Below, piece by piece: positions 16,560 to 25,768 of a stretch of DNA of 44,311 nucleotides. Under the pieces are notes generated by a model. The model did no database searches. It saw only the letters and a program-made list of their open reading frames with translations, and was not told the DNA's origin. Numbering within the stretch: the first letter of the stretch is position 1; each line of letters begins with the position of its first letter. Where the stretch lies: IMG/VR virus record IMGVR_UViG_3300045988_112757. One strand, written 5' to 3'. Source of the stretch: a virus. Both the position numbers and the translations under genes were made by a program.

Positions 16560-18998
16560 ATGGCACAAGACACTATCGACAAGATCATTAATATCCAGTT
16601 CAGATATTCGGATTTAATCAAAGGATGGGAGGCCGCCTCGGCGGCTATTGACACCGCAAAAGTCAAACTACAAGAGTTTAAGAAAGCAGGTGATTCCGAA
16701 GGCGTTGCCAAGCAAACCCAGATTATCAAAGCATTGCGGACCGAGATGTCGGCCTACACCCGGGAGATTCAGGCAAATATTCGAGAAGAAATCAACCTGG
16801 ACGGAAGCGTTGAGAAACTCCGGGCGGGGGTTCAAGCCCTTACGGCTCAATACAACAAGCTAAGCCGTGAAGAGCGGAACAATGCAGATGTAGGCGGCAA
16901 ATTGAGCTCTCAAATTCGTGAGATGCAGACCGAGTTGAACGAAGCAAACGCATCATTGTTGAACTTTCGGGATAATGTCGGGAACTATGCGAGCGCAGCT
17001 AAAGGTTTTACCCCGCTTACGTTCCAAGTGCAGCAGTTGGCCCGAGAGATGCCATCACTTACGATGTCATTGCAACAGTTCTTTCTGGCGATTTCAAACA
17101 ACCTCCCGATGTTTGCGGACGAATTGACCCGAGCAAGGATGGCCAACAAAGCGCTGCGAGCGGAGGGCAAGCCGACAGTTTCGGTGTTCAAACAAGTGCT
17201 TTCGGCTATTGGTTCCTGGCAAACGGCATTGGTCGTGGGTATCACATTGCTGACGGCCTACGGGAAAGAGATTGGGGCGTGGGTGAAAGGTCTGTTTACG
17301 GCCAAAGAAGCGGCGCTATCTATGGCCGAGGCACAAGATAAGGTGAATGACGCTTTGAAGAAAGACGGGTACGGCATCGGTGAACAAATCGCCAAAGTGA
17401 AAGAATTGCAAATGCAATGGAGGGCTTTAGGGGACGATCTAAAGGCGCGAAAGCAGTTCATTGTCGATAATAAAGACGCATTCGACGATCTCGGGGTACA
17501 GGTAAACAATGTTAATGATGCAGAGAAATTACTTGTTGAACGTACCGATGATTTCATTCAATCTTTGCAATTGAGGGCGCAGGCTGCTGCGGCGCAGAAA
17601 TTAGCATCTGAGCAATATGAAAAATACATAAAAGTTGTCGCAGAAACGGAGGATGATCTTGCCAAATCGGAACGATTAAGAGATTATTATATAAAACAAA
17701 AAGCAGAACGAGAAAAGATGTATGGCGGCCTAACGGCCGATATATATCAACGCCAGATACGAGCTTCGCAGGCAATGATAAACCAGCATCAAGCTGAAAT
17801 AGATAAAATAAACGAACAGCGAAATGCGGCATTGGATACAGGCAGTATTTATACAAAATTGCAAGCGAAATATGAAAAACAGGCCCATGAAATCCTTGAC
17901 GCCGCAGGCATTGAGGAGGCCGCCAATGATAAAGTAAATGAGAAAATAAAGAAAGGCATAACACTTGCGGAGCAGCGAGCCCGAGCAGTAAAAGCCGCGC
18001 GGGAATCCATCGTAAAAGACATTGCGGCAATCGGTAATGCTTTGGATAAAGAGTTGGCCGATGCTTTCAAGGATGGAAACAATGATATTACCAAAGGGCT
18101 CGAATCACAGTTAAAAGAACAAACCCGGAAGTATCAAAACAGACTTACTGAAGCCGCATTGTCGGGCGGAAGTTTAGGGGTTGCAAAGGAAACAGTTTCA
18201 ATAGCCAAAGAGCAATTAAGGCAGTTGGATGATATAGCCAGCAATGAAGAGCTTATCAACCGGTTAGGCTGGGACGATGTGGAGCTGCAACGCCAACGGC
18301 TCGACCTCCGTATGCAGATAGCGAACGCCGAACAAAGCATCGCCCGGGAGCAGGACCGCACAGCGCAAGAGGCAGCACGGCAGACGGCGCAAACTCTCAG
18401 CGGATTATCAGGCATGACAGGGGCCTTTTCTGCAATGTTTGAAGCACTGGGCGGAGAGGGCGAACGTTATGCGGAATTTGCGAAAACATTGGCCGTATTT
18501 CAGGTTGTTTTGGCACAGGCCGAAGCCATAGCCAACGCCGTGGCCTCAGCATCTAAAGCACCGTGGTTCATGCTACCGATAACTATTGCGTCAAGTATCG
18601 CTACGGTAGTCGCAGCCATTGCGCAAGCTACACAAATAACAGATTCGGCACAAACGCCTAAATACGCCTCCGGCGGTCTTGTCACGGGCCCGGGCACCGG
18701 AACTTCGGACAGCATCCCCGCAATGTTATCCAACGGCGAAGCCGTGATGACGGCCCAGGCTGTCAACGACTGGGGCGCAATGCTCTCAGCCATGAACGTG
18801 GCAAGCGGCGGAAACGCCATCCAAGTATCGAATCTTCCCCAGCGCAACGACGGAATGAAGGGGATGGAGCGCATGATGGAACGGGTCCTGATGAATATGC
18901 CGGCGCCCATTGTTTCGGTGGTTGACATCAACAAGGGGCAGAAGCGGGTCAAGGTTCAAAACAACCTCGGAAAATTAGGACGGAAAAAATACGAATAA
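16560..18998 (+). CDS. Tape-measure-like protein (812 aa); an internal ejection-protein role is not excluded
   Basis: Long coiled-coil-rich sequence, a hydrophobic block LAVFQVVLAQAEAIANAVA...ITIASSIATVVAAIAQA, and the C-terminal motif GGLVTGPGTGTSDSIPAMLSNGEAVM seen in tape-measure or minor-tail proteins. Confidence 0.8.
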   Translation: MAQDTIDKIINIQFRYSDLIKGWEAASAAIDTAKVKLQEFKKAGDSEGVAKQTQIIKALRTEMSAYTREIQANIREEINLDGSVEKLRAGVQALTAQYNKLSREERNNADVGGKLSSQIREMQTELNEANASLLNFRDNVGNYASAAKGFTPLTFQVQQLAREMPSLTMSLQQFFLAISNNLPMFADELTRARMANKALRAEGKPTVSVFKQVLSAIGSWQTALVVGITLLTAYGKEIGAWVKGLFTAKEAALSMAEAQDKVNDALKKDGYGIGEQIAKVKELQMQWRALGDDLKARKQFIVDNKDAFDDLGVQVNNVNDAEKLLVERTDDFIQSLQLRAQAAAAQKLASEQYEKYIKVVAETEDDLAKSERLRDYYIKQKAEREKMYGGLTADIYQRQIRASQAMINQHQAEIDKINEQRNAALDTGSIYTKLQAKYEKQAHEILDAAGIEEAANDKVNEKIKKGITLAEQRARAVKAARESIVKDIAAIGNALDKELADAFKDGNNDITKGLESQLKEQTRKYQNRLTEAALSGGSLGVAKETVSIAKEQLRQLDDIASNEELINRLGWDDVELQRQRLDLRMQIANAEQSIAREQDRTAQEAARQTAQTLSGLSGMTGAFSAMFEALGGEGERYAEFAKTLAVFQVVLAQAEAIANAVASASKAPWFMLPITIASSIATVVAAIAQATQITDSAQTPKYASGGLVTGPGTGTSDSIPAMLSNGEAVMTAQAVNDWGAMLSAMNVASGGNAIQVSNLPQRNDGMKGMERMMERVLMNMPAPIVSVVDINKGQKRVKVQNNLGKLGRKKYE

Positions 18999-19002
18999 TT
19001 CT

Positions 19003-19059
19003 TGCACAATGTGCCGAAGGTTAGCACCTTTGACACGAACGCTTATGAGGATATAAGCT
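19003..19059 (+). promoter_or_regulatory. Late promoter B (TTG 19003-19005, N20, CACCTTTG 19026-19033) plus 5' hairpin (19042-19059)
   Basis: Second copy of the 71-nt late element. Hairpin is GCTTAT-gaggat-ATAAGC. Confidence 0.55.
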
Positions 19060-19159
19060 GCGGAACAATGTACGAAACGACACATACATATCGCCACCCT
19101 TTCGTGGCCGCATCTGCCATAAGCGCGAAGTGCTTTGTCTAACTTAACACATCAAACTA

Positions 19160-19738
19160 ATGGCAGTACAAACATGCACCACTACGCTCGGGCGGGACAT
19201 TCTCAACGACTGCAACGAGCCCCACGCGAAAGGCGTGGAAAAGTTTTTCTATTTCATCTCCCGGGATGCTATCGACTGGGACAAATCCACGCGCGAGGAC
19301 TTCATGATTACCAACTTGGTGGCTCTGACCGGCAAGCGGGGGTACAAGGTCCGGAACCCGTCGAATGAAACCCCAGCGATCACCATCACAGACCAAAACC
19401 CGAGCATCGACGCCGCATGGGACAAGGTTCTCCCCGTTACCCTTTTGGCTGACAGCCCGGAGAATGCCGCCGCAGTTCTCGGGTTGAAGCAGGACAAATA
19501 TGTCTGCATCTACGAGAACATGGAGAAAGGCGACGCGGGCAAACAGGCGTTCGGCGTCATCGGCTGGGAGCAGGGCGCGACTGGTGTAGACCTGAATATG
19601 GACAAGAGCGGAGATGTCGGCGGATGGACCGGCAATATCACCGAAACCGGGGCCCCTACTCCTAATCTGTTCTTCTACAAGACGGACTACGCAACGACGA
19701 AGGCGGCGCTCGAATCGCTGTGTTCGGCAGCGGGCTAA
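19160..19738 (+). CDS. Virion structural protein (192 aa), possible tail tube component
   Basis: First gene after late promoter B. The function is guessed from position only. Confidence 0.75.
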   Translation: MAVQTCTTTLGRDILNDCNEPHAKGVEKFFYFISRDAIDWDKSTREDFMITNLVALTGKRGYKVRNPSNETPAITITDQNPSIDAAWDKVLPVTLLADSPENAAAVLGLKQDKYVCIYENMEKGDAGKQAFGVIGWEQGATGVDLNMDKSGDVGGWTGNITETGAPTPNLFFYKTDYATTKAALESLCSAAG

Positions 19739-19740
19739 TC

Positions 19741-20121
19741 ATGCAGACGCAGGAATGGTATAGAGAGAGGGTTTCGGCCCCCTCTCTATCCGATGCCGAC
19801 AAGGCTGTTATCAGAGCGGATTGGGAAGATATCACGGGCAAGGATTTCACCGCATCATTCAATGCCCAGTGCCCGAACTGTCATCACGATGCGGCAATAC
19901 TAATTTTACGGACTATGAACAAGCAGGAAAACGGCGGATACATCCTTAAGAGGGGTATCGCTTTCAGATACAAAGGCAAAGTATATACCGCCGACAATAT
20001 TACGGCTCCGGCGGCTGAATGGTATATCGCGCAAGACCTGAAACACCGTGACGATTTCGAAGCACTCGCAAAGGATTACGACGAGTACGAAACGGTATCT
20101 CCGAAACACAAAGAGGAATAA
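19741..20121 (+). CDS. Hypothetical protein (126 aa) with a CPNCH motif
   Basis: First ATG of track ORF 19720..20121. Confidence 0.65.
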   Translation: MQTQEWYRERVSAPSLSDADKAVIRADWEDITGKDFTASFNAQCPNCHHDAAILILRTMNKQENGGYILKRGIAFRYKGKVYTADNITAPAAEWYIAQDLKHRDDFEALAKDYDEYETVSPKHKEE

Positions 20122-20123
20122 AC

Positions 20124-21344
20124 ATGGCCGATGACAATATTCGCCACGTCAACTGTGCCAGCGATTTCCGTATTGTATTCGCATTTTCAGACGGCAAGTT
20201 ACCCGATTATCCGTGGCGTTTAGGGCTTAAAACGCCCAACACACCGTCATATAACATGTATGTTGCCTCGTTTGACGGGACGACATACAACAACTGTTCG
20301 CCGCTCGACGATGAATCTATTATGGTTTTTGTAGACCATCATCGTCTGGCCCCCGGAATCCTGCATTACTATTTGCAGACGGACGCCCCCGACAGCCTTT
20401 TCCCCGACGGAGAGATGAATGTCACCATTCCCGGCACCGTCAATATAGTGCTGTGGGAGGGTCCGAGTGACGGGGACACGCCGCCGGAAGTTACAGTAAT
20501 CGTCGAACGCCTGTTGAAAGGCGACAAAGGCGATCCGGGCGAGACTGGTCCTGTCGGTCCAAAGGGCGACACGCCGGAAATCACCGCAGACGAGCAGGGC
20601 AACATCTATTCCGACGGAGAATTGTTGACCTCCGTTGTCGCCGAGGCGGCCATTAAAATGAGAATGTTATTCGAGACAGCAGGAGCCATATATAACGAAG
20701 AGACGGGCTTTTATCAGATGAACGGGATCGACGATTTGACAGAAGCGGATTTGATGAAAGCCTGGATGTATCATGACGTACCTGTGAGTGATGTAGTTTC
20801 AGATGCGAATTTTTCGTCGATACTAAATGGTGAAACTACAATAAGGACCAATTTCAAATTCTACCGGTTTTTCAGGAAATGCAATGTTTTGAATTTGTAT
20901 GGCCAAAATAAAATGGAAGTATTTGCATCCGATGGTATCGATTCCGATCAGCCTCTTTATATTAAAGGGATGAGCGTTTTCGGATGTAATTCGATGAAAA
21001 AGATATTGGGTGTCATAGATGTCTACGAAGTATCCAAAACAACGGATATTACTAATTCCGGGATGAATACCAGTCTGTCGAAGTTAGAATCCATATTTTT
21101 TAAGAGGCTGAATGTCAGTTTGAATATATTAGGCAACAGCCCGTATATCTCGTATGAATCGCTTGCTTATTTGTTGGAACACGCTTCCAACACGTCGCCA
21201 ATTACAATCACCGTTCACCCGACTACCTACGGTTACCTTACGGGGACAATGCAGCCTACTGCACAAGTAGGAGGTACAGGCGACGAGTGGAAGGCTCTTG
21301 TGCAAACAGCTCAATCCAGGCAGATTTCATTTGCAACCGCATAA
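20124..21344 (+). CDS. Tail fibre-like protein (406 aa) with a short collagen-like G-X-Y run
   Basis: KGDKGDPGETGPVGPKGDT, six to seven G-X-Y triplets, at about residues 132-150. Confidence 0.8.
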   Translation: MADDNIRHVNCASDFRIVFAFSDGKLPDYPWRLGLKTPNTPSYNMYVASFDGTTYNNCSPLDDESIMVFVDHHRLAPGILHYYLQTDAPDSLFPDGEMNVTIPGTVNIVLWEGPSDGDTPPEVTVIVERLLKGDKGDPGETGPVGPKGDTPEITADEQGNIYSDGELLTSVVAEAAIKMRMLFETAGAIYNEETGFYQMNGIDDLTEADLMKAWMYHDVPVSDVVSDANFSSILNGETTIRTNFKFYRFFRKCNVLNLYGQNKMEVFASDGIDSDQPLYIKGMSVFGCNSMKKILGVIDVYEVSKTTDITNSGMNTSLSKLESIFFKRLNVSLNILGNSPYISYESLAYLLEHASNTSPITITVHPTTYGYLTGTMQPTAQVGGTGDEWKALVQTAQSRQISFATA

Positions 21345-21357
21345 AAATAATTTCGTT

Positions 21358-21681
21358 ATGAGAATACATGGAAAAGAGATACTTGCCACGGATGGCAAGT
21401 ATATGTACCGTAAATGCGATGCAGAGTTCGCTTCGCCGTTGTCCCGTTGTCTCCTTCTTCCAGGGGAGTCCGAAGATGATTTTGTCGAATTCGACAACAA
21501 ACAGGAATATACACCCGCTCCCGAACAGCTGCGGGAAATGGCCTATCGCGCCGAGGCGGACCAATACCTGATGGCTTACGAAGGCTACATCGCAGAAGGC
21601 AAGATTGCCGAGGCCGACGAACAGAAGGCGCTGTACCTGGCCAAGAAGGCCGAAATCAGGGAAAGGTTCCCGGACAAATAG
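21358..21681 (+). CDS. Hypothetical protein (107 aa)
   Basis: First ATG of track ORF 21298..21681. Confidence 0.6.
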   Translation: MRIHGKEILATDGKYMYRKCDAEFASPLSRCLLLPGESEDDFVEFDNKQEYTPAPEQLREMAYRAEADQYLMAYEGYIAEGKIAEADEQKALYLAKKAEIRERFPDK

Positions 21682-21689
21682 CACCGACA

Positions 21690-22199
21690 ATGGCACGGAT
21701 GACTGAAATAATCATTAACATCGGTTACAAACTGAGCGAAATGTTCCAAACGGTTTATGGATGGATCGCTGCGGTAGGCATTTTCATCGTGAATTTCTTC
21801 GCTGGGTATGAGATGGCCATCAATGCCGTAGTAGTATGTGTGGCCCTCGATACTGCCTGGGGCATTGCGGCCCAAATCAAACGCGGACATTTCGCTCTGT
21901 CCGAACTCGGACGGCATGGAATGCTGTCCAAATTGGCGCTGTACGCTTCGGTGATCGCAGCGTTTGTGCTGATCGAGCGAATGGCGGAATTGGAATCGCA
22001 ACTCGCCGTGATCGCTATCTGCACCCTGATCTGTCTGGTCGAACTCTGGTCGATGGGAGGATCGGCCCTGATCGTAAACCCGAAAATGCGGTTCCTGAGA
22101 ATATTCCGTGAAGTGCTGGCCGGAGAAGTCGCCCGCAAAATGCAGGTCCCGGTCGAAGAGGCCAAAAAGTATTTGGACGGAACTAATAAATCAAATTAA
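21690..22199 (+). CDS. Holin-family membrane protein
   Basis: 169 aa with 3-4 TM segments and a charged C-terminus, immediately upstream of the lysin-like gene. Confidence 0.75.
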   Translation: MARMTEIIINIGYKLSEMFQTVYGWIAAVGIFIVNFFAGYEMAINAVVVCVALDTAWGIAAQIKRGHFALSELGRHGMLSKLALYASVIAAFVLIERMAELESQLAVIAICTLICLVELWSMGGSALIVNPKMRFLRIFREVLAGEVARKMQVPVEEAKKYLDGTNKSN

Positions 22200-22200
22200 C

Positions 22201-22611
22201 ATGACACGAGGTCTTAGAAACAACAATCCGCTCAACATCGAGAAGACAAAGGGCGGAAAACCCTGGCAGGGCGAGATCGTGCCGTCGAAAGACATCCGTT
22301 TCGCGCAATTCAGGACAATAGCCTACGGATACCGGGCGGCTTTCAAGCTCCTGAACAACTACCAGCGCAACTACGGACTGGACACCATCCGAAAGATGAT
22401 CAGCCGCTGGGCGCCGTCGAACGAGAACCACACGGACGCCTATATCCGTACCGTGGCCGAGAGATCGGGTGTACCCGCCGACAGCCGAATCACCACGACG
22501 AACCGCGATGTGATGGTGCCTGTCGTTGCGGCGATGTCGTATGTAGAAAACGGTGTCGAAGCCAAGATGCCCGACGTGCAGGCCGGGTGGGATTTGTTCG
22601 TCAAGGGATGA
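22201..22611 (+). CDS. Endolysin-like cell-wall hydrolase (136 aa, RNNNPxNI-motif family)
   Basis: First ATG of the track ORF. N-terminus MTRGLRNNNPLNIEKTKGGKPWQGE and WAPSNENHTDAYI recall the phage lytic-enzyme / structural protein P5-like family. The position after the holin fits. Confidence 0.65.
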   Translation: MTRGLRNNNPLNIEKTKGGKPWQGEIVPSKDIRFAQFRTIAYGYRAAFKLLNNYQRNYGLDTIRKMISRWAPSNENHTDAYIRTVAERSGVPADSRITTTNRDVMVPVVAAMSYVENGVEAKMPDVQAGWDLFVKG

Positions 22612-23108
22612 AACGACTGATTCCATACCTGCTCTCCGTACTCGTCGCCGGGGCGCTGCTCTTTGGCTGGGGATACCGCCGGGGAGCTGCCTCGGTGGGA
22701 ATCCGGTCGGAAGTGCGTATCGATACCGTGTTCTACGAGCGGCCGCAGCCGTACGGTTTTTCCGAACAGCTGGTGACGGTGAATGTCCCGCGGCTGCTGT
22801 TTGCCCCCGCGGATACGGTGGTGCGGGTTGTCGAGGCTGTGAACGGCACCGACAGCGTGCAGATGGAAATCCCGGTGCGCACACTCGAATACCGGGATTC
22901 CACCTACTATGCCCGGGTGGTCGGCCCCGTTATCGGGGATTTGGCGCCCCGGCTGGACTGGATCGAGACCTACAACCGGACCATTACCCGAACCGTGACA
23001 AAACACAGCAGGTTCGCCGTGACGGCTGGGGTGGGTGTAGGATACACGCCGCAAGGCTTGCAACCGACGATCGGGGTGCAGGCAGGCGTAGTGCTGTGGA
23101 ATTTTTAA
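22608..23108 (+). CDS. Membrane-anchored lysis accessory (spanin-like) protein (166 aa)
   Basis: ATGA overlap with the lysin gene. N-terminal TM LIPYLLSVLVAGALLFGWG. Gly-rich beta-like C-terminus. Confidence 0.65.
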   Translation: MKRLIPYLLSVLVAGALLFGWGYRRGAASVGIRSEVRIDTVFYERPQPYGFSEQLVTVNVPRLLFAPADTVVRVVEAVNGTDSVQMEIPVRTLEYRDSTYYARVVGPVIGDLAPRLDWIETYNRTITRTVTKHSRFAVTAGVGVGYTPQGLQPTIGVQAGVVLWNF

Positions 23109-23119
23109 TAATTACCGCT

Positions 23120-23431
23120 ATGAAGATTATTTACAACAACATCATCCCATTCCCGGGATTTGCCGCCATCAACCTCTTCGGGGTAATATTCGCCCGCAAA
23201 GAGTGTCGTCCGCTGTCGGCAACGACCATCAATCACGAGTCGATCCATACCGAGCAGATGAAAGAACTGCTGTATGTGGGATTCTATCTCTGCTACTTAA
23301 TTGAGTGGGTCGTGCGACTCTTTATGAAAGGGAATGCCTATCGCAATATCTCCTTTGAAAGGGAGGCGTACAACTGCCAGCATATCCCCGGATATGTACA
23401 GATTAGGCAGCGGTTTGCGCAATGGCGATAA
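23120..23431 (+). CDS. Small HExxH-motif protein (103 aa)
   Basis: ATG at 23120 inside track ORF 22553..23431. Motif INHESIHTEQ, preceded by GFAAINLFGVIF. Confidence 0.65.
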   Translation: MKIIYNNIIPFPGFAAINLFGVIFARKECRPLSATTINHESIHTEQMKELLYVGFYLCYLIEWVVRLFMKGNAYRNISFEREAYNCQHIPGYVQIRQRFAQWR

Positions 23432-23486
23432 ATTAATACCTCTGGGGGACGGGCATAAAAAGTCCCCAACGCCCCTCTTCATTATT

Positions 23487-23561
23487 CCACTAATGTGTGC
23501 CATACGCACCGAGCATTGAGGACTATTCCTTGATCCGGTGCGTATGGCTTTTCATTAGTGG
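23487..23561. promoter_or_regulatory. Long imperfect inverted repeat / hairpin
   Basis: CCACTAATG..GCCATACGCACCG (23487-23511) pairs with CGGTGCGTATGGC..CATTAGTGG (23536-23561), with C23535 left unpaired opposite A23512. That gives 9 + 13 bp split by a small internal loop, with an apical loop of about 24 nt. Confidence 0.6.
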
Positions 23562-23589
23562 ATAATCAAAGTTAAAACAAATATTTGAG

Positions 23590-23907
23590 ATGGAGATGCG
23601 TAAAACAGAGCTTTTTGCACAAATACTTAAAACCGTTGCAAATGAAACGGAATTGACACCTGAGCAAATCCTTTCGTGTTGTCGCACCGCCGAAACGGTC
23701 GATGCCCGTTATATACTCGTCCATCTGTTAAGACGCGAAGGCATGTACATCAGCGAAATAGCCCGCATGATGAATTTCTCCCGCCGGGGTATCGAAAAAA
23801 TGCTTTCTCAGTTCGAGGACCGCCTCTCTCAGAGCGGGCACATCTTCAAAGTGACCTTTGAACGCATTGCGAACAAAGTGCGCATAGCCTTCGAATCATC
23901 CCGTTGA
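23590..23907 (+). CDS. DnaA-C-terminal-domain-like HTH protein (105 aa)
   Basis: CRTAETVDARYILVHLLRREGMYISEIARMMNFSRRGIEKML resembles the DnaA domain IV pattern. Confidence 0.7.
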   Translation: MEMRKTELFAQILKTVANETELTPEQILSCCRTAETVDARYILVHLLRREGMYISEIARMMNFSRRGIEKMLSQFEDRLSQSGHIFKVTFERIANKVRIAFESSR

Positions 23908-23956
23908 CCACCCTGCCGATCCGGACCACCTTTGCATTGTAGCTATAATACAATGC
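23904..23956 (+). promoter_or_regulatory. Late-type promoter C (TTG 23904-23906, N20, CACCTTTG 23927-23934) with an overlapping 8-bp palindrome (23934-23956)
   Basis: Same TTG-N20-CACCTTTG architecture as promoter B. Palindrome is GCATTGTA-gctataa-TACAATGC. Confidence 0.5.
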
Positions 23957-24004
23957 TACCTCAATCGCTGAAGAGGTAAGAGGCGGACGAAATCATGTAT
24001 ATAC

Positions 24005-24481
24005 ATGGAAGCAGATTATTTAACGAAAGGCGATCTGGCTATGTGGGAGAGCAATCGCCATTGTTACAAGCACCGTGACGGTATGGCTGCCACGGGAATC
24101 GGTTTGGCTGCCGGTTTGGGCGGCGGCGCGCTTCTTCTGGCTGCGGCCGGTATCTGGGGCATCAACCAGGCATCCAAAGCTCGCAGCGAGGGCGCAAGCA
24201 AGGCTATCGACATCCTCGCCCAAACTCAGCTCCAAGAGCGCGTTTCGCGGGAGGGGTGGCAGAACAACCACGCGCCTACGATCAGCCAGTACGTTGATGT
24301 ACGGGCAGGTGCCGGGGCAGGTGCAGGCGCTAACGCGCTGTCGAACGCCGAAGCGATCGCACTGGCTCAGGCAATCAATGGCAATTCGGGTATCAACTCC
24401 GCCATCGGGGGATGCAACTTCCTTCGCGTAGCGAGGTACTCCGCCCCGCAGCCTTGCGGTTGCGACACGTGCCAGGGTTAG
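24005..24481 (+). CDS. Membrane protein (158 aa) with a Gly/Ala-rich segment and C-terminal CGCDTC motif
   Basis: TM segment MAATGIGLAAGLGGGALLLAAAGIWGI, then a (GA)n run, ending PQPCGCDTCQG. Confidence 0.65.
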   Translation: MEADYLTKGDLAMWESNRHCYKHRDGMAATGIGLAAGLGGGALLLAAAGIWGINQASKARSEGASKAIDILAQTQLQERVSREGWQNNHAPTISQYVDVRAGAGAGAGANALSNAEAIALAQAINGNSGINSAIGGCNFLRVARYSAPQPCGCDTCQG

Positions 24482-24539
24482 CCCTTCCGGGGTGGGGCGG
24501 ATTTCCGCCCCGCCCTTAATTCTTAAAAACCGCTACGAT

Positions 24540-24890
24540 ATGCTATTCGCCAAAAAAGAATATCACAATATGGATATGATCCGCACATCATCCAAAGATG
24601 CCCTGAAACGATCACTAATGCAGATGTATCAAGGTGATGTGGCCACAATGGAACGAATGTATGACTTTTACATGAAAGACATGGAAAAGGTCCCCGATTT
24701 CGATCCGGTGCCGCCCTCTATCCTCCAGCAGGCAAAGACAACCATCGGAGAACTGTTCGGATGGGCTGACGCCAATCAGGACAAATTAGTGGGCGCTTAC
24801 AACCTATTCAGAGCCATCAGAAGCGGAGAACCGATAAGTTCCGTAAGCGCCGCCCCCATTGCAGATGTTCCACCATTACCGAAATTATAA
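24540..24890 (+). CDS. Hypothetical protein (116 aa)
   Basis: First ATG of track ORF 24492..24890, downstream of a GC hairpin at 24489-24516. Confidence 0.6.
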   Translation: MLFAKKEYHNMDMIRTSSKDALKRSLMQMYQGDVATMERMYDFYMKDMEKVPDFDPVPPSILQQAKTTIGELFGWADANQDKLVGAYNLFRAIRSGEPISSVSAAPIADVPPLPKL

Positions 24891-24893
24891 ACC

Positions 24894-25085
24894 ATGCAAC
24901 CATACAAGATCGAAGTATACATATATGCCGAATCCGAGCAGGAGGCCAGGGAAGTACAGCAAGCCGCTTATGATTTCGTAAACGAAAACTACCAGCGTGG
25001 TGGGCTCGTGACAGCGTCCAAACTGAAAGACCTGCTGATGAAATACAAAAACAACTTTTTCGTGCAAAACTTTCTGAAACGATGA
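24894..25085 (+). CDS. Hypothetical protein (63 aa)
   Basis: Tightly packed ORF in the same cassette. Confidence 0.55.
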   Translation: MQPYKIEVYIYAESEQEAREVQQAAYDFVNENYQRGGLVTASKLKDLLMKYKNNFFVQNFLKR

Positions 25086-25309
25086 GCGAGAATACTAATC
25101 CCCAGGAACCGCGTCAACCGCGGAACCTTTTCGAACAGATTCTGTTTGGCGTGCAGGTAACGAACGACAATATCGTGACGCTGCACGGCCGCGTAGACGC
25201 CTTCGAGGCGAAAATAAACGCGATATACGATGCACTATACCCTACTTCCGAGCCTAATGCCTCCGGCGCGGATGAAAAAATAGAGACAGTAGGAGGCAAA
25301 ACCAAATAA
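25082..25309 (+). CDS. Hypothetical protein (75 aa)
   Basis: ATGA overlap with the previous gene. Confidence 0.55.
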   Translation: MSENTNPQEPRQPRNLFEQILFGVQVTNDNIVTLHGRVDAFEAKINAIYDALYPTSEPNASGADEKIETVGGKTK

Positions 25310-25320
25310 TTACCCATTTT

Positions 25321-25764
25321 ATGAGTTGTAACAAAATTCAAGCGGCAGTTATTACACCCGTACTGGCTGCCGGATCAGTAGCCTCACCGTATTTTTATGA
25401 GGTGAACATCACTCAGCGTCTTTGCTATCCGACGTGTGCAGACAACACCCCGGTATTCAATCCGCAGTTCTCGCTGAAATCGTTGTCTCAGGTTGGAACG
25501 GGGCGATATGTGGCTACCATCCACGTCGAAGGCATCATCTCCTATGTTCCGTGCAACGGCGGATGCGGATGCACCAAACAGCAGCCTCTATCGCAGGACT
25601 TCACGATTCCCATTCAGTCAGCGTCGGCACCCACCGTAACCATCGAGCAGGGAGCTGCAATGAACGCAGTAGCAGCATCTGCCTGCCAGCCGTGCAGCCG
25701 TACATTCGTATCGGAAACGCCGATTACCGTAACGGTAGCAACGGCCGCAACCCAAACAGCGTAG
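25321..25764 (+). CDS. Cys-motif protein (147 aa), unknown function
   Basis: Contains CNGGCGC and CQPC motifs. Ser/Thr/Ala/Val-rich and beta-like. Confidence 0.65.
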   Translation: MSCNKIQAAVITPVLAAGSVASPYFYEVNITQRLCYPTCADNTPVFNPQFSLKSLSQVGTGRYVATIHVEGIISYVPCNGGCGCTKQQPLSQDFTIPIQSASAPTVTIEQGAAMNAVAASACQPCSRTFVSETPITVTVATAATQTA

Positions 25765-25768
25765 CGGT

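Noticed and set aside
22183-23119. ORFs 22183..22884 (-), 22440..23063 (-) and the N-terminal 189 aa of 22553..23431 (+)
   Set aside because: They are Arg/Pro/Gly-rich alternative frames over the lysin and spanin-like genes. The real gene in the 22553 frame begins at the ATG at 23120.
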